A stretch of DNA of 64,000 bases, from the NCBI GenBank assembly GCA_977017645.1, contig OZ360254.1:30318001-30382000 (forward strand), in the 5' to 3' direction. Under the pieces are notes generated by a model, which saw nothing but the letters and a program-made list of their open reading frames with translations, was not told where the DNA came from and searched no databases. How positions within the stretch are numbered: the stretch's first letter is position 1; each line of letters starts with the position of its first letter. This DNA comes from Torpedo marmorata (taxonomy: Eukaryota). Of this stretch, positions 38,390 through 50,145 are shown piece after piece. Position numbers and translations under genes: made by a program.

Positions 38390-39290
38390 CCCTGTACTCG
38401 TTGGAGTGCAGAAGAATGAGGGTGGGGGGGGAACCTCATAGAAGCATTTCAAATGTTGAAAGGCCTGGACAGAGTAGATGTGGCAAAGTTGTTTCCCATG
38501 GTCGGGGAGTCTAGGGTAAGAGAGCACAACTTCAGGATTGAAGGGCGCCCATTTAAAACAGTTGCGGAGGAATTTCTTTAGCCAGAGAGCGGTGAACCTC
38601 TGGAATTTGCTACCACGGGCAGCTGTGGAGGCCAAGTCGTTGGGTGCATTTAAGGCAGAGATTGATTGGGTATGAGGAGAAGGGGAATGAATCAGCGGAC
38701 TCGATGGGCCTACTACTGTTCCAATATCGTATGGTCTTCCTTCCTCTGCCCTGTTAGTCACATTCCCAGGAAAAACAAGACATCTCTATCAATGTAGGTA
38801 ATATAACCATAACACACAGCACAGAAACAGGCCAGTTCAGCCCTTCTAGTCCATTCCAAACACATTTTCCCACCTAGACCCACACCTCTCTCGTCCATAT
38901 ACCTATCCAACTTTTCCTTAAACATTAAAATTGAACCTGCATCTACCACTTCGGCCGGAAGCTCGTTCCACCCTCCCACCACCCTCAGTGAAGAAATTCC
39001 CCCTCATGTTTCCTCTAAACTTTTCCCCCCTTCAATCCCTCTTGTTTGAATCTTCCCCACTCTCAATGGAAAAAGCCTGTCCACATTGACTCTTATCTTT
39101 CCCCTTCATAATTTTAAATACCTCTACCAAATCACCCCTCAACCTTCTACGCTCCAGGGAATAAAGTCCCAGCCTGTTCAACCTTTCCCTGTAACTGAAA
39201 CCCAGGCAACATTCTTGTAAATCTACTGTGCACAATATTCCAAATTTGGCCTCACCAATGCCTTATACAACTTCAACATGACATCCCAAG
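38390..39290. mobile_element. Two CR1 3' fragments (38390-38740 plus; 38795-39290 minus, same subfamily as 27340-31721)
   Basis: RRRLRGDLVEVFKIMKG, WNELPAEVVDAG peptides. Confidence 0.85.
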
Positions 39291-39811
39291 CATTAATGAC
39301 ATCATTAGCTTTATTTATTTATTTCAGTTTGTGTTAATTCAGATCCTGGCATTTGACTGCATTCCATTGGCATGGCAAATGAGAGTTCCAGGTCTTGAAT
39401 AATAAAAGCCTTCTATTACAGTGAAAACAACTATTTTTTTTTTTATTTTTTTTACTGTCCTTATATTTTTTCATCTTCACTTTGTAAAAGTAGCAGAAAA
39501 TTAATGATCATACCACATACACTCGTGTAATAGTCGAGTTTTGTGGGGGGGGGGGGTCATACTTTTAACTGCAGTAAGTACCTGCGTCGGGAGCTCAAAT
39601 GGGTGAGTGGCCGAGGAGAGGATCCGTGGTCGGGGCATCGGGGGCTTGGATGGGCGTCGGCTTTTACACGGGATATACGGAAAAATACACGATTTTTGGG
39701 CCAAAAAAGGGGGGGGGGGGTCGACTTTTACACAAGTATATACAGTAAGTACCGAATCTTGAGCTTTTTGTACAGAAATGCACAAGGCAACACCACTATA
39801 AATGACGCTGT

Positions 39812-39817
39812 TTTATT
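39812..39817 (-). promoter_or_regulatory. Candidate poly(A) signal of RDH8
   Basis: AATAAA on the minus strand about 30 nt after the stop codon. Confidence 0.45.
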
Positions 39818-39845
39818 TCCCTGAAAGCTAGTACTTCACGTTTAA

Positions 39846-40070
39846 TCAGGTGGGTGAAACGGCACGATTTCGAAAGCAGCTGCAGGTGACAATTCTGAGG
39901 AAGGTTAAACTTACTTTAAAGAGAGTTCCACTAAAAAGTAAGTTGTAAAACATTCGAACGGACAGATTTCCCGTGGTGTCAGCGTACTTCATTGCTGTTA
40001 GTGGTGTGTACAGCACGTTGGTTTGGTACCGAAATACAGGTGGTTCCATTTTTATCACCTTGATGGTTGC
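39846..40070 (-). CDS. RDH8: RDH8 exon 6: ATIKVIKMEPPVFRYQTN...LRIVTCSCFRNRAVSPT*
   Basis: gtcacaAG acceptor; RYQTN motif; TGA at 39848-39846; the six exons sum to 951 nt (316 aa plus stop). Confidence 0.93.
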   Translation of the reverse strand, partial: ATIKVIKMEPPVFRYQTNVLYTPLTAMKYADTTGNLSVRMFYNLLFSGTLFKVSLTFLRIVTCSCFRNRAVSPT

Positions 40071-41798
40071 CTTGTGACAAAGTAAAAACAAAATTAGTGA
40101 AATGGAATTTTTTTGATGCTGAGATATAGACAGTCGATGTTTTAGGTTGAAATCCTGCTTCAGTAATTTTTATTAAAAAAACTTTCCAGCCTCTCTCAAG
40201 CAAACCTTTTAGCCTAGGCCCAATATACCGGTAATTAGGGCCTTGACATTAGAGCTGTTGGCCTGAGAGGTTGTTCTTTGAACAGGAAGAGTAGGCCATC
40301 TGGTCAAGACTACTCTGCCATTCAATAGGACAGGGGTGCTTAACGCAAGATCCACATATGATAAACTTCAGATGTTTGAGAGCCGCAAGACATGAAAAAA
40401 TATTACATACACGTTTTTACTCTTACATGCACATTTTGTTACAAAAATTTTACGTAGTTTTTAAACTGCTAATTTGTATTAGTTTCAATGTTCAAAAAGT
40501 ACACATACCGTATATACTCATGTAATAGTCAAATTTTGTGGACCAATTTTTAGGGTCGACTATTACATGCATACTACTTTTGACCGTGGTAAGTACCTGC
40601 ATCGTTCGAGAGGGGGGTGTTCGGGACGTCGGGGCCAACTCTTACACGCATACGTATGGTATACATACCAAATATTTTCAATTGCAAGCCACGCCCATTA
40701 ACACTACCATTGTGAGCGCTGGCTCGTATGATAGCTGCGGTTTGGCCACTCTGCAATAGGATCATGGCTAATCTGGGTTCCAGTATGGTACAGCACTAAT
40801 GGAAAGCAGTGAGCAGGTATTTCCTTTGTGGACTGCACTGGTCCCCAGCATCTGCAGACTTGTTTACTGTATCTGACTGTGACACCCATAACTCATCTAT
40901 CTGCATCCTAAATCCCTTTAATGAGGCAGCTTCTACTGCTTCACTGGGAGAAGCAGTTCCTCCTTCTCTCTCATAATTGACACACAGCAAAGTGGAGAGG
41001 CCAAAGTACCCTGGTCAATCAGGTTCAGTAACTGCATGCCACTCTTTGGAGGGAAATTACCTTGCTTCGAGAGGATTTTGTAACTTTGCGCCTGTGATCG
41101 GCAGCGGCCACGAGGGGTTACAGAGGACCGGTGCAGAGCCACCCCGAGGAGATGACCCACGGGACAGTGACCATGGCGGCGGGGAACCCGTGCAGGCTGC
41201 GGTCCGAGGGATTCACACCAGGTGGCAGGAGACTGGATGAAGGGTTACTAGGGTGCCGAGGGCTTCCTGATCATGTCGGGGTTTGGACTCTTGGGGGGGG
41301 ACTCTCTTTTGCTTTTTCTCTGACTGTAAGAGGCGATTTCTGTCGATGGCGAATCTGTCTGCCTTACGGCAGACGAAAGCAAATTCCGTGTAATATTGCA
41401 CTGTCTTTATTGCATGACAATAAAGGAATCTTGAATGAAAGTCTTTTTTGGGGCGGTTAGCGCAACACCTTTACAGCACCAGCGATTCGAATCCCGCGCT
41501 GTCTGTAAGGAGTTTGTACATTCTCCCCGGGGGTGTAGGGTAATTGGGTATAAATTGGGCAGCACAGACTCATGGGTCGAAATGGCCTGTTACTTGTGCT
41601 GTATGTCTAAATTTAAAGAATTGGGGAACAAACACTTTCTATGCTCCACACCCCCTCCCCTCATTACCTGACATACTATTACAGACAAATTCTGCTCAAA
41701 TAATAAACTGCAGAGGTCAGCCATTATCTAATTGTTAACTCTGCCTTCAGTAAGTTAGAGAGCCAGTGGGTTTTTGCTCTTATTTTGTAGCCATTTAC

Positions 41799-41982
41799 CT
41801 TAGCAATTGTCGCTGGAGATTGTCCGATTGCTGCAAAAATATCACAGGCTGCAGGCAGGTAGACATCTTTAAAGTACTGGATTGTCTCAGAGTCTGTTCC
41901 TGGAAATTCTGAGCAAGATACTTCCTTCAGGAGTTTCATTTCAAATTCTGTGTTTACAGGGCCAGGTTCAATCAGTGAAACA
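41799..41982 (-). CDS. RDH8: RDH8 exon 5: VSLIEPGPVNTEFEMKLLKEVSCSEFPGTDSETIQYFKDVYLPAACDIFAAIGQSPATIAK
   Basis: catttcAG / GTAAAT boundaries; EPGPV motif. Confidence 0.94.
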
Positions 41983-42155
41983 CTGAAATGGAGAGAAGAA
42001 AAAAAAAAACCTTATTGATACAGCACGTGGATGGTGGGATGTTAGCTGTCTGCCAAAGTGGAGTAGGAGAGCAAGGTTCGGTCATGTAAAGTTCTGGCAG
42101 TGGTGAATGAGTCGGGGAAGAGGGGGTTACGTCAGGCAAAGGCAGTGCATTAGAA

Positions 42156-42310
42156 CAGCCATTCTCAACGGGGGTTCTAGAACATTTAAGCCTGGTTTTC
42201 TTTTCACCTCACATCACATTAATTGTTTTTATGTAGTCGGTAGGAGAGAAGTAAATTAACTGCTTCACAGGGAAGGGGGCCCATAGCCAAAAAAAGGTTG
42301 AGAATGGCTG
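42156..42310. mobile_element. hAT MITE (family also at 6832-7020 and 57317-57991)
   Basis: CAGCCATTCTCAAC / GTTGAGAATGGCTG TIRs; degenerate 8-bp TSD. Confidence 0.8.
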
Positions 42311-43374
42311 TGTTAGAGTCAGGGGAATATAATGGGGTTTGGAATTGCAGGGGAAATTAAAGATATTGGTATCCTGGAGGGATTCTTCTCCAATCTAATT
42401 TCTGGAAGAAGCAAAGGATGGAGATCAGGTGATCCAGCACCTCCCACTTAGAGGATGGATTGGAGTAAACGAAACTTGCCAAGAAATGTTATTTCAGGAC
42501 AACAGGACTGAAAATGCCCTTTCCCCAGAGTGAAACATAACTGGAACTGCTGAGTTATTTTTCAACTACCTCACGGAACAGCACATGCACATCTATTCCT
42601 ACCTGTGCTTTCTTCACTGGGAGAACATTCCCCCCCCCCCCCCGTTGAGAAAGAGAGGAGACAACCCTTCAGGACGATGACCACGGCAGCGGACCAGCGA
42701 GGGGCTCAGCGGCTGAAGGACCCACAACAGGTTCGGGGGGACCTGCACGGGCTGCTGGTGACCGGCTCGTGAGAACCTGGTATCGGAGCCAGGATTTGAG
42801 AGGGTGCTGAGGCAAGAAGGGCTCCCGGGAGGACTTGGGCACTGAAGGCTTCCTGATCGTGTCAAAGGTTCGGATTGCCGATGGATCGAACAGGGGTCTG
42901 TGCATCTGTGGGAGCGCTGGGGATGAATCCATAGACACTCCGTGTTTGAAGGGACTCTCATACTGTAAGGGGCACTAATGGTGACTTTGAATGCAGGCAG
43001 AAGGGAATTGTGTTAGATTACGTGTTCTGTACTAGAACATGACAATAAATGGATGTTGAATTATTGCCCCGAGGAACATTCAGATCGTGCTGCCTTTGGT
43101 AAATCATTTGACTTGGCTTCTCTGCTTCCCACATCTCAGAGTTCTGAACTCCCCTATCACTGGTCACACCCAATTGCTTGGACCAAAGTTTGCAACAGCA
43201 GGCCCACAAACTGGCTGTTGGCCTTCCATGCATCAACTACACATCTTACCACAACCATGCTACGTACAAAATTACATACAAAAATTGCACAATGTTTGTT
43301 AGAGATCAGCGAATGATCTGAACAGCTCTATGCAACAAGCAGATATTCTTAGTGGACACAGTAAATTTACTTAC

Positions 43375-43468
43375 TATATATTGAACTTCAAAAGCTGAAC
43401 AGCAAGACTTTCACAAAATCCCTCCAAGGCAAACTTAGAGGCAGCGTAGATGTCATTGAATACAACTC
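43375..43468 (-). CDS. RDH8: RDH8 exon 4: [32 protein letters not shown]
   Basis: ttgaacAG / GTAAGT boundaries; catalytic YxxxK is YAASK (RDH8 type; HSD17B1 has YCASK). Confidence 0.95.
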
Positions 43469-44645
43469 CTGTTCAAAAGAAAATAGTTTGAGAATCCTGA
43501 AGATCAAATGTCCTCAGCTCAGAATTTATTGTCAGGAACTTCGTTGTTTTTGCGGCAGCATCACAGTGCAAACATTTATATAAACCACCTTACAAAATAA
43601 AAATAGTGCAAGTTAACCAAGTGTTAGCTAGCATCTTTTCTTCTTTTTTATATAAATGGTAACAAGCAAAGGAGTTTCTCCCCCAACAGGTTTTCCTAAG
43701 ATACAAACTGCAGCTAGGGCTCTGATGTTCCTCTTCCACGTGTGCGCCTGTTCCTTCCCAAAGAGAGCACGTCCCCATTTTCCTCGACGTTCGCAGAGGC
43801 CCCAGGAGGCTGAAGTATCGACTGACAGAGGCAAAGTGCATTACCTTTCCTTTCTCTGCTGCAGGGAATATTTCCTGTCAGTCGAAGCTTATGGACACAA
43901 TAGTAATGACTGTTACTAGACTAGGAGTCAGAGTTCTGTACTACGGATCAAGAGGGCCAAGTCTGGCAGCTGGGGAAATTAAATTCACGTAATTAAACAA
44001 GGCATCGGGATAGAAAAAAATAATCTTGTACAGTAACTTTGAAACGACTGGTTGCCTCGCGACCTAATCTTGTTCACTGTCTTTCAGAGAAGGAAATGAA
44101 ACACCTCATCCTTACCTGGGCTGGCCTGTATATGATGCACCAACGAGGTAATTCGGGAGGGGCAATAAATGTTGGCATTGACGGTGATATCTACATCCCA
44201 CAAACACATTTTTAAAAATAAGGGCAACACGGTTAGTGTAGAGGGGTTAGCGAAACGCTGTTACAGCGCCAGCGACCGGGACTCGAATCCCGCGAAAGGA
44301 GTTTGTTACATTCTCTGCGTGGGTTTCCACACAGTGTTCAAAACGCACCGGGGGTTGTAGGTCAATTGGGTGGCACGGGCTCGTGGGCCGAAAGGGCCTG
44401 TTGCAACTTACTTTAAACTTGAGTAAGAGCAGCCAAGGGTAAAAGGCTTCAGGAGCAGATTGATCATTGGGTTTCTGGGTCCAGATTTGGATGATCTGAA
44501 GACTGGGGACTTGCTCAGGCTTGAGCCCCCACCCCTGTCAGGACAATGTCTCAATGACTGACCACCCCACCGGCTTTGAAGCACGAAAGCACAAGCCGAT
44601 GATTCTGGCTTTACCTACCCAATTCAAAATGTGTGCCTCAATTAC

Positions 44646-44945
44646 CGTATATACTCGTGTAATAGTCGATCCCGTGCAAGTCGACCCCCCCCCCCACCCC
44701 GTTTTGGCCCAAAAATCACGTGTTTTCCGTATGATCTGTGTAAAAGTCGCCCATCCGAGCTCCCGACACACCGGTCACAGACTCTCCTTGGCTCCGGCTG
44801 CCTACCCATCTGAGCTCCCAACACCTTGAACGACGCAGGTACTTACCGCGGTCAAAAGTAGTATCCGTCTAAAAGTCGACACCCCCCCCAATATCTGACC
44901 CCAAAATTGGTCCAAAAAACTCAACACTTCCACGAGTATATACGG
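44646..44945. mobile_element. Tc2/pogo-like MITE 45 bp downstream of RDH8 exon 3
   Basis: TA-CCGTATATACTCGTG ... CACGAGTATATACGG-TA. Confidence 0.82.
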
Positions 44946-44990
44946 TAACAAGAGAAATGTGTTCACAATTCAAGCCGGAGATGACAATAC

Positions 44991-45170
44991 CTTGAAGTCC
45001 CATCACACTGCTCATCATAACGATGTGGCCATTTCTTCTTCTCTTCATTCCCGGGAGCACTGCCTTAACCATGCGAACTACTCCAAAGAAGTTTGTGTCA
45101 AACATGTTCTTCATTTCTTGCATGCTTAGACTCTCTATTGGACCAATCTTCCCAACCCCTGCATTGTTCA
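44991..45170 (-). CDS. RDH8: RDH8 exon 3: VNNAGVGKIGPIESLSMQEMKNMFDTNFFGVVRMVKAVLPGMKRRRNGHIVMMSSVMGLQ
   Basis: tatctAG / GTATTG boundaries; NNAG motif and catalytic Ser region. Confidence 0.95.
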
Positions 45171-45504
45171 CTAGATAAATAAAGCAAAACAATTAATAAT
45201 CAAGAAGCTCAATGATTTTCATTTTCATGTAAAAGCAATGAGCTCAATTTTACTTTCCCTGAGGTTGGAATACAAGCAGATTGATGATGTTAAAATTAAA
45301 ATTTTAAAGTTTTATTTAATTTTTAAAAAATTACAACAGTAGAAGCCGATTCTGGTCACATAAACTCAAATTAACCTACAACCCCATACGTTTGGAGGGT
45401 GGGAGGAAACCCACGCAGACACGGGGATAACGTACAAACTCCTTACAGACAGAGCCAGATTCTAACCTGGGTCGCTGGCGCTGTAATAGCGTTGTGCCAC
45501 CCGT

Positions 45505-46100
45505 TGTTAAAAAGGTGAATGGTGTGTTGGCCTTCATGGGATCCATGAGGTATCGTTGCAGCTCTTCAAAACCTTGGTTAAGACCCTACTTGGAATATAG
45601 TGTTCAGTTCTGGTCACTTCACTGAAGGACAGATGAGGATGCTGTAGAGAGGGTTGAGAGGAGATTTACAAGGATGCTGCCCGGATTGGAGAGCATGCCG
45701 TACAAGGATAGGTCAAGTGAACTTGGTCTTTTCTTGGACAGACGGAGGATGAGGGGTGACCTGATCGAGGCGTACGAGATGAGAGGCATTGATTGTGTGA
45801 ATGGCCAGAGGCATTTACCCAGGGCTGAAATGGCTAACTCCAGGGGCATAGTTTTAAGGTGCTTGGGAGAAAGTACAGGGGGGATACAAGAGGTAAGATT
45901 TTCCACACAGAAAGTGGTGGGTGAATGGAACGCGCTGCCGGCAACGGTGGTGGAGGCAGGTACAATAGGATCTTTTAAGAGACTATTAAACAGATACATG
46001 GAACTGAGAGAAACGGAGGGTTATGCAGTTGGGAAATTCTAGGCAGTTGTTAGAGTGGGTTATTAGTGCGGCATGACACTAGGCCGAAGGGCCTGTACTA
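45505..46100 (+). mobile_element. CR1 LINE 3' fragment
   Basis: ORF 45674..46042 MLPGLE..RRRMRGDLIEAY..WNALP. Confidence 0.8.
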
Positions 46101-46629
46101 AATTTAAATTAAATTTTTGAATTTAAAATTTAGACCTACAGCATAATAACAGGCCATTTCGGCCCACGAGCCCGTGCCGCCCAATTAACCTTCACCCTAC
46201 GTTTCGAACGGTGGGAGGAAACTGGAGCCCCCGGGGAAAACCCACGCAGACACAGGGAGAACGTACAAACGCCTTACAGACAGCGCGGGATTCGAACCCC
46301 GATCGCTGGCGCTGTAAAGGTGTTGCGCTAACCGCTACCGTGCTGCCCTGTGCTGTACATTTCCACGTTCTATGATTCACGAAGTAAAGACCATTCATTA
46401 ATTCTGTTGTGAAGATGGCACAGGCTAGCATTGCAGGTATAACGTTGCACGAAAGACCTAGGCCACCCGCAGAGATGGGCTTGTGAGTGAAAAGTAATGT
46501 TCACACCATACCAGTGCCAGGCAATGCACATCACACCCTTCATATTCAATGGCATTGCCACCACTCAACATCCTGGGGATCAACATTGATCAGAATTCCA
46601 ACTGAGCCAGCCGCACAAATGCAGTCGGC

Positions 46630-46805
46630 AACAGCAGCGTCAGAGGCTGGGGTACCCTGCCGTGTGTGGCTAACTCCATCATCGCTGGGTCTAAGTCGTG
46701 GAACTCCCTGTCCAAACAGCAGCGTCAGAGGCTGGGGTACCCTGCCGTGTGTGGCTAACTCCAACATCGCTGGGTCTAAGTCGTGGAACTCCCTGTCCAA
46801 ACAGC
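46630..46805. repeat. 85-bp tandem duplication in a LINE remnant
   Basis: Two near-identical units starting at 46631 and 46716. Confidence 0.9.
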
Positions 46806-48046
46806 GCTGCGGAACACCTTCACCACGAGGTCTGCAGATCAGGGCAACTCACCGCCATTTCCTCAAGGGAAATTACAGATGGACAATAAATCCTGGTCTC
46901 GCCACGGTCACTCTCTCCCAAAAAAAATCTCCATTTTATAAATTGCGTTGCTCCCAGTTCCCGTCTCTGTCCGTGAACGCGCATTGCAGCCTGTGAAGTA
47001 TCGTATATACTTGTGTAATAGTCGAGTTTTGCGGACCAATTTTGAGGATAAAATTTAGGGGGGTTCCACTATTACACGCACACTTGCTTTCAACCGCGGT
47101 AAGTACCTGCGTTGCTCGAGGCATCGGGGGACCGGGTGGTAAGTCCGCGTTCGGGGCATCGGGAGCTCCGGTGGGCAGGCGGCCGGGGCCAAAAATAGGG
47201 GGAGGTCGACTTTGACACGCGATATATGGAAAAAAAGATTTTTTGGTCCAAAAATAGTGGGGGGGGGGGGTCGACTCTTACACAGAATCAACTATTACAT
47301 GCGTAGATATGGTACTTATGGGGGAGTGTTTTTTTTTTAAAGACACGCTGAGTGTTTTTTCTCCCCTGTCCTTTCAACAGCAAGTTCCAGACTCCAACTG
47401 GGGATTAAAAAAAAGTTACTCAATACACCTCCAACCCTTTCACAGACCAACATAAATCTAGATGCCCTGGTTACCAAACTTTCTACCGAGAAACTGGAGG
47501 CCTTGATTAATAAAGAAGAGACGAGCTAGGCTGGGACAGTTTTCACTGGAGCAAAGGAGGCTGAACATAGAACACACCTTGAAGAAGGGCTCAGGCCAGA
47601 AACGTCAGTAATATCTCTTTACCTCCTATGGACAGTGCGAGACTGGCTGAGTTCCTCCAGCATTTCTGTACAAGCCTTTCGGCACACGATGTGCTGACCT
47701 ATGAAACTGAGGGGGGCCGGTTAGAGATTTATAAAATTATGAGGGGCATGAATTAAATATTCAGTAGTTTTTTTTTTCCCCCAGACTAGGGGAGTCTTAG
47801 AACTAGACAGCACAGGTTGAAGGTGAGAGGGGAAAGTTTTAAACGGGATCTGCAGAGCAACTTTATCCACATAGAGGGTGGTGGGCGTATGGAACAGCAA
47901 ATGCAAAACGCACATGGCTTCATTCACAAAAATACAAATCCTACTCAAAGTTGGAAAACCTGGAGGGTAGGGCGCTGGAGTTGGTGATCTTGTGGGATTC
48001 AGCATCCCACGGAGGAGGTGTTGACAGGTTTACTTCACTTGCTTAC

Positions 48047-48208
48047 CCAGAATGTCAACTCTTCCACCCTGAACACTGCTGAGGCAATCCCTCACCGACT
48101 CTTCACTGCAAACGTCCAGCTGTTGGATGTGTAATGTCTTGTTCAGTGTCTCTCCAGCAGCCTCTTCAAGCTTCCCTTTACGACTTAAATCTCGCATCGT
48201 GGCAATAA
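48047..48208 (-). CDS. RDH8: RDH8 exon 2: VIATMRDLSRKGKLEEAAGETLNKTLHIQQLDVCSEESVRDCLSSVQGGRVDIL
   Basis: tcaataAG / GTAAGC on the minus strand; 162 bp, phase 1-1; ATMRD and LDVC motifs. Missed by the ORF track. Confidence 0.93.
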
Positions 48209-48328
48209 CTTATTGAAAAAAGAATGAACAGCAGAATCAGTAAGTATTGGACGCCCGCTTCCTGTGCATCTGCTCTGCAGTTTCCCAGTCTACACGGGTT
48301 AATCACACCAGTCAGGTTACTGAAAGAC

Positions 48329-48533
48329 TAAAAACACAGAAACGCTGGAGGAACTCAGCCGGTCTCGCAGCGTCCAGAGGAGGTAAAGATGTATTACCGA
48401 CGTTTCAGGCCTGAGCCCTTCATTTCAGTAATACATCTTTACCTCCTATGGACGCTGCGAGACCGGTGAGTTCCTCCAGCATTTCTGTGTTTTTACTACA
48501 ATCACAGCGTCTGCAGACTTTCGTGTTTCACTC
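48329..48533. mobile_element. Fold-back Penelope-like terminal-repeat element
   Basis: Inverted arms 48329-48397 and 48428-48495; the loop carries a hammerhead-like core on the minus strand. Confidence 0.8.
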
Positions 48534-48799
48534 CCTTCTGAAAGACTAATACAATTAGTCCCAAGTTGAACATTTGGATTTTGCGGCAGAATAGAGCTGT
48601 ACGTGATCGCAGCTGGTTCAAGATGGAAAGAACGGGGTGAAAAGACGTTTTCATCAGCTCAAAAACAGAGCAGAGTTTTGAAATGTTGACAAAGGACGTG
48701 TGGAGCTTTCCTTTAAAATTTACAATTTGAAATTCACTGCAGGGGGTGGCAGAAACAGAATCAGTGCCTTTAGGTAGAAGTGGGTGGGTCCACTCTCTT

Positions 48800-49110
48800 G
48801 CCTCCTTTCCCCCAGCTCTGCATTCACAGAGCCACCCCCTTCCCCGATCAATTCTCACCTTTCCCTCTCCTGCCCTCCTATCCATGTCCACCTATGGCCT
48901 CTTCGCTGTTGGCCGATGCTCCTCCCCCTGCCCATTCTTTCCTCCTCCCCCCACCTTTTTATTCAGGAGCCTGCCTGCTTTTTGCTCATGCCTTGACGAA
49001 GGGCTCAGGCCCGAATCATTGGTTATATATCTTTGCCCCCCCCCCACCCTCCCCCAATTTGGGACGCTGTAGGACCTGCTGAGTTTCTCCAATACTTTTG
49101 TGTATTTACA
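48800..49110 (+). mobile_element. Penelope-like 3' fragment
   Basis: Matches the reverse complement of 2400-2700; degenerate hammerhead motif at about 48993-49020. Confidence 0.75.
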
Positions 49111-49982
49111 AAATTGTGTGTGGAAGTGAGAATACTGAACAACCAAAGGAACTGCTCACACTCACCATCCAAGACTCTCATATTCACGAAACAATATTTA
49201 TTTATTTGTATATGCGAATACTTGTCCTGCATATGTATTGTTTGTCTGTGTGTGTGTTATGTCTGGTCGTGTGTCTTGCACTGAGGACTGGAGAACGCTG
49301 TTTCGTCAGGTTGCACTTGTACAATCAGATGACAATAAACTTGACTAACTGCAGGACTGATAGGATTGCACTGCTAGGAGCTGTCAATAATTGAACGGGT
49401 CAAATGGCCTCCTCGCATTCTAACGATTTGCAGAGAAAAATGTCACCTGTACTTCTTACCGGCTAACACGAAATGACAAGAAATAGCAGCAATGTGCTGC
49501 ACAGCATGTTGATCACGTTCAGAAGATCTGAGGTGATCTGACTTTGGCCTTAACTCCATTTTCCTGGATTAAGTCATAGAACTGCAGTGACCAGTCGGTG
49601 TGACGACATTATCGACACCTCAGTAACTGGGATCACGATTGAGCTGACGGCGATATGCTGGCGCAGCTTTCACACAGGTAAGTAAGTCGTCATACAGCCT
49701 AAGATGCACTGGAAGCATGAAGTGACTGCAAAAGGAAGATCAATTCAAAAACCAAAATAATGCCGATATTTAACAAAGAAGAAAGGGGAGAAAAAGGGTT
49801 AAATATTTTATGAAAATAAGACCATAAGACATAGGAGCAGAAATAGGCTATTCAGCCCATCGAGTCTGCCCCACCATTTAATCATGAGCTGATCTATTTT
49901 CCCACTCAGCCCCACTGCCCGGCCTTCTCCCCATAACCTTTGATGCCCTGGCTAATCAAGAACCTATCAATCTCTGTCTTAA

Positions 49983-50145
49983 CCCTTTGGACTCCGTGTC
50001 CCGGTTTTCAGGGACTACTAACAAGCGCATATACTCCGGGAGTGGTTTTGTACCCAACCACCAGCTGGTTCGTACTGTAGTTTACCCTTGGACCCAGTCC
50101 GGAGTATATATAATGTAAGGTTGAAAATGTCCGGAGTCCAAAGGG
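49983..50145. mobile_element. piggyBac MITE, 163 bp
   Basis: TTAA TSD on both sides; 14-bp perfect TIR CCCTTTGGACTCCG; inserted in a CR1 tail. Confidence 0.9.
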
